The notes beneath the pieces were generated by a model. The model ran no database searches, was not told where the DNA came from, and saw only the letters and a list, made by a program, of their open reading frames with translations. A stretch of 64,000 bases of DNA. Origin: a virus. Its lineage: Duplodnaviria > Caudoviricetes. The translations under genes were made by a program, and so were the position numbers. Where the stretch lies: positions 119,568 through 183,567 of the IMG/VR virus record IMGVR_UViG_3300021256_000057; one strand, given 5' to 3'. This document shows positions 39,042-48,906 of this stretch, in pieces. Every line of letters begins with the position of its first letter. Position 1 is the stretch's first letter.

Positions 39042-39575
39042 TCACCGCTTGTAATTGTCCGTATCGTAGGTATCTCCTCGATAGTCGGTCTTTGGCTTTA
39101 AGAACGTATTAGACTTATTGAACTTCTTCTCGATCTCTTTTTCAGTTCTTCCAACAGTCTGCTTCTCATATGCTGGAACGACCTGGGCAATAATATGATC
39201 AGGTGCTTGCATATCTGTTGTAAGCTCTGTCACACGGAACACTCTATCTGGCATACCAGTATATTGACCTGAGATATGAAACAAGCAATCCTTCTGGAGA
39301 TTGTGGAGATGGAAGCTGCAGTGGATCAAGAATGGGAGGTCAGTATTCCCCTCAACGACCCATCCTAGACGCTTGTACGTTTTTATCTTTGGGTTTCCGT
39401 CAAAGAATATATGTATGTTCTCAAACTCAGAATAGCTGTCTATGACTGGCTCTCCTTGTGTAGAACTGGATGCCATATGAGGAAATTGATATTTTGCCGG
39501 GATTCCTTGGAGTTCAAGTGCTTCATCATAATAATACCGGAGTATCTCAATATCCTCGCCAATTAGATTAGCCAT
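39042..39575 (-). CDS. neck / head-closure protein
   Basis: YDEALELQGIPAKY; position. Confidence 0.5.
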   Translation of the reverse strand: MANLIGEDIEILRYYYDEALELQGIPAKYQFPHMASSSTQGEPVIDSYSEFENIHIFFDGNPKIKTYKRLGWVVEGNTDLPFLIHCSFHLHNLQKDCLFHISGQYTGMPDRVFRVTELTTDMQAPDHIIAQVVPAYEKQTVGRTEKEIEKKFNKSNTFLKPKTDYRGDTYDTDNYKR

Positions 39576-40197
39576 TTTCATTCTCCTCAAGAATATCATC
39601 AATATTAGCTACGAAATCGAGCCATCCCCAGTCCCATTTATTTGTAGTCTCCGTAGATGAGATGTTAATACAACTTCCCTCTCGCAAGGCTCGTACAAAT
39701 TCATGCTCGCTGCATATGTATGTATTATTGATCCATGCAGGGTTCTGCTTGATCTGGAATACAACAATGGAGCTTTTTACCTTATATGTGCCATTCTTAG
39801 ATCGGTATACAGGAAGAATGCGTAGTTTGTCAAATCCGAGCGATCTCAGTTCAGACAAATATTCCAACTGAGCAGAAGGAAGATGCTTATATTGAACATA
39901 AGTAACAAAAAATCCATATGTATACAAGGATTTCAATATCTGCTCCGTAGTCAAGTACATAGAAGAGGATTCATCATCAGTTATTACAGCACTACCAGAT
40001 GGATCGATGATACAAGTGAATACAGGACCATATGTTTCATGTGAAACATTTATTCTCAATCCAGTCAGTTCTGTGTTATTGATGATATCAGCGACCTTGA
40101 CGGATAGTTTTGCACTTGTGTTTGATTTGATTCCAGATAGCTGATGCCAGTCTGTAATTTCATATCTGAGTGGTTCACTCATCAGTATCACCGCCAA
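39568..40197 (-). CDS. hypothetical virion protein
   Basis: 209 aa in neck cluster. Confidence 0.55.
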   Translation of the reverse strand: MAVILMSEPLRYEITDWHQLSGIKSNTSAKLSVKVADIINNTELTGLRINVSHETYGPVFTCIIDPSGSAVITDDESSSMYLTTEQILKSLYTYGFFVTYVQYKHLPSAQLEYLSELRSLGFDKLRILPVYRSKNGTYKVKSSIVVFQIKQNPAWINNTYICSEHEFVRALREGSCINISSTETTNKWDWGWLDFVANIDDILEENENG

Positions 40198-40507
40198 TGT
40201 AGCATCTCAGCTCAGTCTGAAACGCTCTCAGGTCATCTTGATTGGTATTTGGGAAATTCGAGAAGAAGCGAGCGATCATATCTATCTTCAACTGGAACCA
40301 AAGCATATTCTTTTCTAATTCAGAATACTCTGGATGCTTCTCGCAGAAGATAAGATATCTCGTAGGTACGCTACTAAATGCTTTCAGGCTCTTTGGGTCA
40401 AGCTCTTCAAGATCAGCTCGTTCCAGCTCGTGGAAGTTTGTTCGATTGTATTGCTTCAACTCAGAAAAGAACTTCTGAGAGATCTCATGTATATCAGAGC
40501 GCACCAT
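40175..40507 (-). CDS. hypothetical protein
   Basis: 110 aa, coupled to portal. Confidence 0.55.
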   Translation of the reverse strand: MVRSDIHEISQKFFSELKQYNRTNFHELERADLEELDPKSLKAFSSVPTRYLIFCEKHPEYSELEKNMLWFQLKIDMIARFFSNFPNTNQDDLRAFQTELRCYIGGDTDE

Positions 40508-41990
40508 TATCGCCTCCTGTAATATCCATCTTTATGCCGGACATATCCGCGCCCATCTTTGGGAATACCTCAGCAAGTATCTCGACAAGTGCTTCTGCAT
40601 ATGCCTTTGGTTCACTAACGCCCATGTCTCTAAACAGAGTTACAAGCGTACTTGCCTGATTGAGTGCAGCATCTCGCTTATCAAAGTTGATAGTAGACTG
40701 TGTAGTAATGATCGGGTTCATATGCAGTTCAAATTTGTTCACAAAACTACTCATACCATGTGCCATGAAGTATTTATTGAATCCATCTGTCCAACCAGTC
40801 TTATATGCTGTCATCAAGCGATCAAGGATATTTGCATACAAAGCGGATCTCTGAGACATAACTGTTCCAGCAGCGCCTAGCCCCTCATTAGATGAATAGT
40901 TCATAGCCTCTTTAGGGATACCGAGGACGGATAGTTTCTTATTCTGGTAATAATCAAGCAGTTTGATGTCGCTCTCTGTATTCTCCGCCATATTCAGGTC
41001 TGTTATAGAGATAGGATCTTGACCATTGACCTTTGGAAGGTAGATCAAGTTATTTGGGCTTTGCGGATTCATAAAGCTCTGAGAATCACCTGTTGCTGTA
41101 TTGATAGACATTTGATTCTCAATGGCTTCTTTTACAGCAAGAAGATCAGCTCTGATCTTCTCCTCTTCATCCCCAGAGCAGTCCACATTGATAAATTTTA
41201 CAACACGCACAAATGATGCTAGAAGCATTGCATCTTCCAAATTGCCTAGTGCCTGTGTAGGTGCAAGTGCTGATAGCAAAAGAGGCTCTGCAAATTGCAC
41301 ATCATAATCAATTAGTCCACCATCGTCCGACTGCATTTGAATGTCATAGTCACCAAGCAGTCCGCCTAACGAAAAATGGATAATAGCAGATTCTGGAAGA
41401 TTGATCACATTGTTATCATCATCACTATATTGATGGAGAAATCCTTGTGGTTCGCCTTGATACCATAAATGAAGTGTGCGTTCTGGAGCTATCTTATACG
41501 CTGGAATGATACCAAAGTCATCATCTATAATAGTGTTATTGTCCAGTGCGACCCCTACACGCCTAGATTCATTTGATCGATAAAAATCGGTCGTAGGAAT
41601 ATACAAGTTACCAATTGTAGCAAGTTCAAGGATGTGATCACGAATATAATTATTGATACGCATCGATTTGAACAAAGAGTTGATCGCATCAGCAACTTCT
41701 TTGACTTCAGACGTTGCCCAGATTATCTGCCCACTAGAATTTGCCACGGTCGAATCTGTTGCATAATAGGACAATGCTGTACTTATCTGTGAATCCGTGG
41801 CAAGCGCACGCATAGTATTGATCTTACTCTCAATATCGTGCAGTACAGAAGATCTGTTTAGGTCTTGCGGCCTCGGAAACGTACCGCTTATAACATACCT
41901 AAGCCAGGATTTCTTCCCTACATATGGATGCCGATTATTGTTATTTACCCTTACAAGATCTGTAAGTTTTTTGACAAGTCTATTAGCCAT
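40494..41990 (-). CDS. portal protein (T4 gp20-like)
   Basis: LEDAMLL, IHFSL, DIKLLDYYQNKKLSVLGIPK. Confidence 0.8.
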   Translation of the reverse strand: MANRLVKKLTDLVRVNNNNRHPYVGKKSWLRYVISGTFPRPQDLNRSSVLHDIESKINTMRALATDSQISTALSYYATDSTVANSSGQIIWATSEVKEVADAINSLFKSMRINNYIRDHILELATIGNLYIPTTDFYRSNESRRVGVALDNNTIIDDDFGIIPAYKIAPERTLHLWYQGEPQGFLHQYSDDDNNVINLPESAIIHFSLGGLLGDYDIQMQSDDGGLIDYDVQFAEPLLLSALAPTQALGNLEDAMLLASFVRVVKFINVDCSGDEEEKIRADLLAVKEAIENQMSINTATGDSQSFMNPQSPNNLIYLPKVNGQDPISITDLNMAENTESDIKLLDYYQNKKLSVLGIPKEAMNYSSNEGLGAAGTVMSQRSALYANILDRLMTAYKTGWTDGFNKYFMAHGMSSFVNKFELHMNPIITTQSTINFDKRDAALNQASTLVTLFRDMGVSEPKAYAEALVEILAEVFPKMGADMSGIKMDITGGDNGAL

Positions 41991-43552
41991 TATACTTCAC
42001 CCGCTACGCTATTTCGGATATCATCATCGATCTCATATCTTGAGAAGAAATCGCCCTCATCAAAGATCGGGATACCGATACTTCTTGCGCCAAACACGAT
42101 CTTCCCGTTGATATTCTCTTTTGTATCACCTACCACAACACAGTCGATCACATTTGTAAATGTAGTAGTGACGTTAGCAGAGTAACTCTTTAGGATACCA
42201 ATGATAGTATCTGTATCCCCATGTACAAAGTCGCCTGTGATGCAGATAGTCTTGTCCCTAAAGATTGGTGCCCCCTTAAAGATAGTTCTTGTAGAAACAA
42301 TGTGTACCTGATTCGAGTTTAGCATCGTTAGAATATCAGATACATTGCACTGATCTGATAGATAATTAACAAGGGCAGCAGTATCTCTGTGGGATACTCC
42401 TAGCTCAGATTGGATCAATTCAGGGTTGTTTAGATAATACTCTACTGTTGTGAGATTATCGCCGCATGCCATACAAAATTGAGAGATCACTTCTTGTGAT
42501 GGTACTTTAGAGATAGATATCACAGACCGCAGCAAAGTATGAAGCGGAACATCAATAGACATATCTTTATATGGTTCTAGTAGCAGTATGTCTGGCATAC
42601 ATGTCAACTGCTTGCTATCGACCCAGTTCTTTATCTGGTCTCTGGATGGTGCATCTATATCATTGATACGACAAAACTGTTCAATTGCAAATGGGAGTTG
42701 TGTGACACAATGGTCGTTCTTGCACCTCATTGATCCAGATTCAGGAACATCACTCTTCTTACCACAATAAGGGCATGTATATGTAGTCGTATACGTCTTA
42801 TCGGTATTTGGCTTGCAATGTACGGTTGTAGCCGTACTATCGACAATGATAAGAGACCCAGCATGGATATTCCATCTAACGATATCTGGATAATCTACAG
42901 AACGCTTACTCTGATCATTGAAGTATAAGTAGGTCTTCACATACCCATTAGCATCTACATAATTCCTGACTTCCTTGACCATTTGCTGTGTATATGGGAT
43001 GTCTATAATGTCAGTGCTGTTGCCACGGAAAATACACAGAGACTTACAAATCGGCACAAACGGATAGTAATCACCATATATCCATGAGTCAAACATGTCC
43101 TCTGTGAAACCATTTGGGATAGCCCATCCATGGAGAGTCTTAAACTTGGCAAGTACAAGAAACTGCCTTACGACATGCTGACCTGTGATAGATAGGCATG
43201 TGCTCTCTACATTTACAGCGAAGAAATTGAACTGACTTGGATTCTTGCAATACAATGCAACTAGGGCATCAATAAGCTCTACATCGATTCTGCCGTCTTT
43301 TTCAAGAAGCTGGCCTGTATACAGTGTGCCATATACCCAGCTTGTTCCATGATTCAAATGTATCTTTGCAGGGACAGTATTGTGTTTCAAAAATAGATCA
43401 AGAAGTTTATCCGTCACCTCTACTCTGTCGGAGTCTAGGCCGAGATATAGTTTTTCAAGATTTCCAGAGCCATTATACTGGATCGTCATATTGATACCGT
43501 ATGGCATTGGAATTACGAAATCGGACAGTCTGAGAAGGTTTCTCAAATTCAT
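41990..43552 (-). CDS. degenerate NAD-dependent DNA ligase-like protein
   Basis: Adenylation-like start, OB, CPYCG..C..C zinc finger, HhH region, BRCT (ICITGDF..VVVG..GIPIFDE); KxDG absent. Confidence 0.7.
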   Translation of the reverse strand: MNLRNLLRLSDFVIPMPYGINMTIQYNGSGNLEKLYLGLDSDRVEVTDKLLDLFLKHNTVPAKIHLNHGTSWVYGTLYTGQLLEKDGRIDVELIDALVALYCKNPSQFNFFAVNVESTCLSITGQHVVRQFLVLAKFKTLHGWAIPNGFTEDMFDSWIYGDYYPFVPICKSLCIFRGNSTDIIDIPYTQQMVKEVRNYVDANGYVKTYLYFNDQSKRSVDYPDIVRWNIHAGSLIIVDSTATTVHCKPNTDKTYTTTYTCPYCGKKSDVPESGSMRCKNDHCVTQLPFAIEQFCRINDIDAPSRDQIKNWVDSKQLTCMPDILLLEPYKDMSIDVPLHTLLRSVISISKVPSQEVISQFCMACGDNLTTVEYYLNNPELIQSELGVSHRDTAALVNYLSDQCNVSDILTMLNSNQVHIVSTRTIFKGAPIFRDKTICITGDFVHGDTDTIIGILKSYSANVTTTFTNVIDCVVVGDTKENINGKIVFGARSIGIPIFDEGDFFSRYEIDDDIRNSVAGEV

Positions 43553-43574
43553 GATGATCTCTCCTTATAATAAT

Positions 43575-45890
43575 TTACTTTTTCTTTATGAACGGCATCA
43601 TGCTAGGTAGCGAATTATATGGTGATCTTTGACCATTTACTGCGCTAATAGCATTGATGACGGACTTTTTCGGTACAGGAACACTAGGATTCTTGCGTGA
43701 AGCGTTCCATAGGCATCCAGCAAAGGAATCGGCCACGTCTTTGCTATTGTGTACAAAGCACCCAGCGGCCAATGCAAAATTGTGATTATCTTCGACCTCT
43801 ATGTCGTAGACGGAACAACTGCGATTTACAATGGATATACTATGTACAGAAGTATCCGCTTGTATAGACTTCAAAAATGTACCACATAATAAGCTATGTG
43901 CTTCTACAAACGACCCGTCAAGAAGCATGAATCGATGATCTGGGGTACATCTTATAACCGCGCCATTATCGAGAGTTACTACAGCCAGTTGCTTTACATA
44001 CTTTGTTTTGAATACCTTTTTTATCGGCTTTGGTTCAATGCCCAGAGTAGATTCATTTACTGTATAGACCCAATTAGTTTTATACTCCTGCTCTACAAGT
44101 AGCTCTCTTATAGATAAGGTTCTGCCATCTACCAATTGAACTTCAGTATCGTCTGTAAAGCACCCACCAACCGGATGATCCACTCGCCCTGTTGTACCAT
44201 CTCTTTGCAGATGCACAAGCTCATCCTGTAGTAGTTGCATATCTAACATGTCAACACGTTGTTCTATTAACATAGACCTTAATGCAATGTAACCATCAGG
44301 TGTCCTATCCAAAGATATCAAAGATGTGCTGAATCCATTTCCCTCTAGCAACTCTGCAAGGTACTCTGATTGGAACTGGTCTCTTGATATCTCTGCAATA
44401 TGGAAGCCTTGTTTGCGAAGCCAACACAAGAATATCAGGATCTTATTGTATGCGATCTTATCTCCTCTTGGTGCTTCAATAGCTACTGAGAATACATGTG
44501 TAAGCATTGGAACAGATATCTTCCCTGTTGCGTTCTCGATATCTTTGCGCCCTGTGATACATGCTGCGGATATACCAGTCCTATCTGTATTCTTCGACAA
44601 GTCAAGATGGATGTACCATTCAGCTCTTCTAGCTATATCTGGTACATCATCCACATGGAAGAACTCTTCGATAGAGTAGTTATCCTTTACACCTATCGAG
44701 AGGACTTCTTGCCAGAACGGATTTCGTCTTGTAGATGTGATGCATTGATTGATCGCATCCTGTGTGATAAACGACAAGGAACCTACAACAGCGATACCGG
44801 CAAGATCTCGCAATGCAATCTCAAAATCAGCAAGGAACTCAGGCCGCATGTCCAGCGGTGGCGTAAGAAGCCTATAACCAAGTGTTCGCAGCTCTTCAAG
44901 AGCTTCTGGAAAACATTGATTCTCAGGTACAACAAATCCTTTTCTGTGCCTATCCCCTACAGCTATATAAAAGGTCTCTTTTGAGAACGTCTCCGGAGGC
45001 TTGACTTCCCACTGTGGTGCATCTGAAATATACATGTTATACCCAGCACCAGACTCTAGCTGCTTCTGCACATAGCTTTCAAGGAAGTCACTATCAGAGT
45101 TCTTTGATGATACAGCAAACAGTTTTCCGAACACCTCGCCACCGTGCTTAAATGTACCTCTTATACGGTCTGCAATTGTATTATAGGTGTCCTCCATTCT
45201 CTTCTTAGCTATTAAGACATCTTTGATGCCTGCATGACTAAAGTTCATCTCATCCATTATGGCGCAGAACACTTGTTTTCCAAGTGCTTGTGATCCAGAT
45301 GAACCAAAGTCTATGCTTATTTTACCGCCCTCTGGTATATAGATATAGTTCAGTTCACTTTTGGAAAACTCTCCGTGAGCATTAAACCACGGAGATTCTT
45401 TCAAAGTATCATTAAACTCTCGGAATGCTACACCCTTTGCTAGGTCTTTTGTAATGTTAAAGAATAGTATGGATATCTTTGATATATCCTTCAAACAAAA
45501 GTACACTTGTGGATTCCTGAGACACATCAATCGATACAACATATAGGATATTGCAGTTACAGCGGTAGTTGACTTACCGATACGAGTAGCACCTGTCAAT
45601 ATCCACTCTTGATACCTATTTCCTGCACCAAAGAACTCTTTCAATGAGCGTCTCCAAAATGGATATACTGCTGCACCGTTTCTATTTGTCTTACCAAGAT
45701 ATGTGTCAGATGTCAAAAAGGTATCGATGCTGACTGGAATCTCTTTATAGTCTGCAAGCCAGATGTCATGATACGTTTTAGAGTAACCATCTTGACTTAG
45801 CTCTACTAATATTTGTCGAAGTATCTGCTGCTCTTCAAGAGAAGATGATGCATATATATCTTTTATGCGGTCGATGATATCCTGCTCATT
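43575..45890 (-). CDS. terL: terminase large subunit with intein
   Basis: GATRIGKS, AIMDE, HLDLS, RVDHP..KDVADS. Confidence 0.9.
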   Translation of the reverse strand, partial: NEQDIIDRIKDIYASSSLEEQQILRQILVELSQDGYSKTYHDIWLADYKEIPVSIDTFLTSDTYLGKTNRNGAAVYPFWRRSLKEFFGAGNRYQEWILTGATRIGKSTTAVTAISYMLYRLMCLRNPQVYFCLKDISKISILFFNITKDLAKGVAFREFNDTLKESPWFNAHGEFSKSELNYIYIPEGGKISIDFGSSGSQALGKQVFCAIMDEMNFSHAGIKDVLIAKKRMEDTYNTIADRIRGTFKHGGEVFGKLFAVSSKNSDSDFLESYVQKQLESGAGYNMYISDAPQWEVKPPETFSKETFYIAVGDRHRKGFVVPENQCFPEALEELRTLGYRLLTPPLDMRPEFLADFEIALRDLAGIAVVGSLSFITQDAINQCITSTRRNPFWQEVLSIGVKDNYSIEEFFHVDDVPDIARRAEWYIHLDLSKNTDRTGISAACITGRKDIENATGKISVPMLTHVFSVAIEAPRGDKIAYNKILIFLCWLRKQGFHIAEISRDQFQSEYLAELLEGNGFSTSLISLDRTPDGYIALRSMLIEQRVDMLDMQLLQDELVHLQRDGTTGRVDHPVGGCFTDDTEVQLVDGRTLSIRELLVEQEYKTNWVYTVNESTLGIEPKPIKKVFKTKYVKQLAVVTLDNGAVIRCTPDHRFMLLDGSFVEAHSLLCGTFLKSIQADTSVHSISIVNRSCSVYDIEVEDNHNFALAAGCFVHNSKDVADSFAGCLWNASRKNPSVPVPKKSVINAISAVNGQRSPYNSLPSMMPFIKKK
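43746..44162 (-). mobile_element. mini-intein (139 aa) in TerL
   Basis: G|CFTDDT...TPDHRF...FVHN|S. Confidence 0.92.
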
Positions 45891-46407
45891 CATCTGCATC
45901 ACCACCTGACAAATCAAGCATCTCCAATACAGACTGTGCATTTGCACGAAGTTTATCACGCTTTTCAGAACTCATGATCTGCATAGAATCATCAGGTGCA
46001 GTATCGATGCTTGCAAGATCGACGACCTCAGAATAGCTCTGCATATCCAGATACGGCTGCAATAGTTTATCACTATCGATCATATTCTTCTGAAGTCTTG
46101 TCTGTATGTCTAGCAGGACTGCAAATGTCTCCGGGTCTGATGCACTAGCATTGTCTATCGCACAGTCAATGGATTCATATAGTTTGTTCTCCAATTTATC
46201 CATGAGGTCAAGATATTTAACAATTCTTGTGACCTGATGATAGATACGCATAGCAGTAATGGACTGCATCACATGTCTTGTGGAAGATGGGTCAGACGAA
46301 TCTGTAGCCATCAATGCAGTCCTCATCTTATCAACTGTTTCTTTTTGCCGTTTGTATAATGGATCAGTTATTACGATGGCAGTATCGACGGTTTCGATAT
46401 TATCCAT
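45886..46407 (-). CDS. possible terminase small subunit
   Basis: Helical 173 aa directly upstream of terL. Confidence 0.35.
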   Translation of the reverse strand: MDNIETVDTAIVITDPLYKRQKETVDKMRTALMATDSSDPSSTRHVMQSITAMRIYHQVTRIVKYLDLMDKLENKLYESIDCAIDNASASDPETFAVLLDIQTRLQKNMIDSDKLLQPYLDMQSYSEVVDLASIDTAPDDSMQIMSSEKRDKLRANAQSVLEMLDLSGGDADE

Positions 46408-46417
46408 TTAGGCCACC

Positions 46418-46669
46418 TCACTTGATATCAAACAAGATCACACTAAGATTAGTGATAGCCTCTTTTGCCTTTGTGTCACCAGTTACAGCAGTCTCACCGA
46501 GAGCCTGGATAGCACACTTGATGTGGTCTACTGCATCATCATAATTAGACTTCTCGATCTTCTTCGTCCCCATTACTTTCGGAATCTTCTTCACTGACTT
46601 CTGCGAGTCCATCATCTGTGGATTCTTCTTCGATGCTTGAACGCTCGAACTCTGCTTCTTTATCTTCAA
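46418..46669 (-). CDS. small protein with basic MKIKK..VQAS leader
   Basis: AAGGAGG SD before TTG 46669. Confidence 0.55.
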   Translation of the reverse strand: MKIKKQSSSVQASKKNPQMMDSQKSVKKIPKVMGTKKIEKSNYDDAVDHIKCAIQALGETAVTGDTKAKEAITNLSVILFDIK

Positions 46670-46979
46670 CTGTAACGACCTCCTTGAATGAATTAACAAA
46701 GTAATACATATCGTCGCTCTTAACAGAGCTGATCTTATCCTTGATAGCGGATATAGTATCTGCTATATCTGTATCTTCCTCCGATTTTAGTATAGCAGGG
46801 CCGATCTGCCGCTCTAATAGATCAAGTTTATCTTTTAGCTCTGATAGGTCTGGAAAAACTGTAAACATAATGACCTCGATCTCGGCCAATGTTGTGACAA
46901 CATCAAAATTCCAGATATACTTTCTTAGTGCGACATACATATCACAATATAATGACTGCAATTCATTTGAACTTATCAA
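46545..46979 (-). CDS. hypothetical protein with acidic tail
   Basis: Probable TTG start 46979. Confidence 0.5.
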   Translation of the reverse strand: MISSNELQSLYCDMYVALRKYIWNFDVVTTLAEIEVIMFTVFPDLSELKDKLDLLERQIGPAILKSEEDTDIADTISAIKDKISSVKSDDMYYFVNSFKEVVTVEDKEAEFERSSIEEESTDDGLAEVSEEDSESNGDEEDREV

Positions 46980-47175
46980 GTATATCACCCAATTCTTTAT
47001 ATGTTCTCTCAATAACAGCCGACATCTGGTCAACGTACAAATGGTTGTTTTGAGTAAATAGATCAAACTCTCTATTGATGTTTTGATCTTGGACTTTCTT
47101 TATGTAGTCCACATAGTATTCGTCAAACGATACAGAGGATAATGACCGTATCATGTGTTCCGCCTTATCAAGCAT
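46963..47175 (-). CDS. hypothetical protein
   Basis: 70 aa, coupled. Confidence 0.5.
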   Translation of the reverse strand: MLDKAEHMIRSLSSVSFDEYYVDYIKKVQDQNINREFDLFTQNNHLYVDQMSAVIERTYKELGDILDKFK

Positions 47176-47488
47176 CCTTCATCACACTCATGATCTTATT
47201 GACTAGAGGCATCCTATCAGACGGTATCTCATCTACAGTGATACGCTTTGCTATATAGCAGTCATAGTAGGATTGAAGTGCGTTTATACTACTAAGTAGC
47301 TCCGTAACAGTCGGTATACGGATAGTTTCACCGCCAGCATAATTACACAGCTCTACCAGAGAATCGAAATCAATGATAGAAAACAACTCAGGTAAACATG
47401 CAAACTCTGGTTGGGCACATAAGGCAGGCATGATGCTAAGGAGATAATGAAAATCAATATCCTCTGTAATCGGTAATTTACGCTTCAT
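47168..47488 (-). CDS. Mor-like transcription regulator
   Basis: LVELCNYAGGETIRIP. Confidence 0.5.
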   Translation of the reverse strand: MKRKLPITEDIDFHYLLSIMPALCAQPEFACLPELFSIIDFDSLVELCNYAGGETIRIPTVTELLSSINALQSYYDCYIAKRITVDEIPSDRMPLVNKIMSVMKDA

Positions 47489-48203
47489 TTGTATCGATCA
47501 TAAACACGATGGCATTATCTGTTCTCGCAAGTCGATTGAAGTTAAGGTAGTAGTAACCCATAGAGCTGAGAACACGGATCACCGGCTCCATTACTACGTT
47601 AAGATTGATGGAATCTGCATAGTATACCCAAACCTCTTCGTCCTTCTTGACAAGAACTCGAACAACCCCGGATGTATCATTTCTTGCGTTCAAAGATCCC
47701 TTGATCTCACCAGCAATGCCAGCAAATGCAACACTACTCTCCTTTGGAGTGATACTTGTATCCGCAGTAATAGATGTTCCTCCAACCTTTGTTGCAGCGG
47801 TAGCATCATCTGTATCTGTTTCTGATGGCTCGTCAGGAACTGTATCATCCATATTGTCTGGCGGAGGCATTGATTCATCGAGATCCTGCAAAGCATCGCC
47901 ATGTTTTACTGATAGCGGAGTAGGTCGAGGTGAATCACTAGGCTCTGTATTCTCCGGTACAGTATCTTCCATGCCCTGCTCATCCATTACCTCTGTATCT
48001 ACATCTTCTGCTGGGTCTGGAGCTTGTACAAGAAGATCCTCGTATTCCTCATCAACATACTCAGCTAACTGTGTTACAAGCTCTTTGTTTACTGGGTCAT
48101 TGATCGCTGCAATGATGCCAGCTTTATCTCGGCTTGACATAAATATCTTTGATGCCATAATGGCTCTAGTGTATGACTTTATCTTATTCGCCACTGCCCT
48201 CAC
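47478..48203 (-). CDS. acidic head-associated-like protein
   Basis: IMAS and ITAD motifs flanking acidic linker. Confidence 0.55.
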   Translation of the reverse strand: MRAVANKIKSYTRAIMASKIFMSSRDKAGIIAAINDPVNKELVTQLAEYVDEEYEDLLVQAPDPAEDVDTEVMDEQGMEDTVPENTEPSDSPRPTPLSVKHGDALQDLDESMPPPDNMDDTVPDEPSETDTDDATAATKVGGTSITADTSITPKESSVAFAGIAGEIKGSLNARNDTSGVVRVLVKKDEEVWVYYADSINLNVVMEPVIRVLSSMGYYYLNFNRLARTDNAIVFMIDTNEA

Positions 48204-48573
48204 TCCTTTTCATGTAGATGTATGATGATGTGTCAGGATCATCGTTCTGTATGATGTAACTGATGTACAATGAATCATCTATACCTAGGTCATTGTCGTG
48301 GAATACAAATCGGTATGCATGAAATCCTATGTCTTTTGAGAGTACAGATGAATCCAGATCTATCCACGGTAGATGCTCTGTTCGTTTCACCACATCTGTG
48401 AGATTCTCACCATCAATGATCTTATCCCCACTAAATTCTGATATCCTGATCAAATCGACATGCTTTGCAGCAACATCTGGTATCTTTACATGTACGCTAT
48501 CTGGAATCTGAGAATAACTGATAATTGGAGTATGTGGGATATACTCGTTATAACCATATAGTTCTAAAATCAT
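48184..48573 (-). CDS. hypothetical protein
   Basis: 129 aa. Confidence 0.55.
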   Translation of the reverse strand: MILELYGYNEYIPHTPIISYSQIPDSVHVKIPDVAAKHVDLIRISEFSGDKIIDGENLTDVVKRTEHLPWIDLDSSVLSKDIGFHAYRFVFHDNDLGIDDSLYISYIIQNDDPDTSSYIYMKRSEGSGE

Positions 48574-48836
48574 AGCGAGATCACATATTTGTTAGGGATA
48601 GGCTGCTTGTACATATCGATATCTTGAAACACCGTACACCCCTTATCCTTTAACTTTTGGATCGTAACATCCGATAGAGATCCAATATACTCGACCGCAG
48701 TTGCCCCCGTGTTCACAGCATGATTGATAAGGCTTGCAACACTGGCTTCCTCGAAGGCCTGGGCAGATTCCAGGGCAAATTCCTTGATATCTTCCGCTGG
48801 ATGAAGTGTCTGCATTGAATTTATGCCATACTGCAT
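48570..48836 (-). CDS. hypothetical protein
   Basis: First gene after late motif at 48859. Confidence 0.55.
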   Translation of the reverse strand: MQYGINSMQTLHPAEDIKEFALESAQAFEEASVASLINHAVNTGATAVEYIGSLSDVTIQKLKDKGCTVFQDIDMYKQPIPNKYVISL

Positions 48837-48906
48837 AAAACATCACCACCTTTGACAATATATAAGGTTAGCGGCTCGATGATAAGCCGCTAACCTATTA
48901 TTGATA

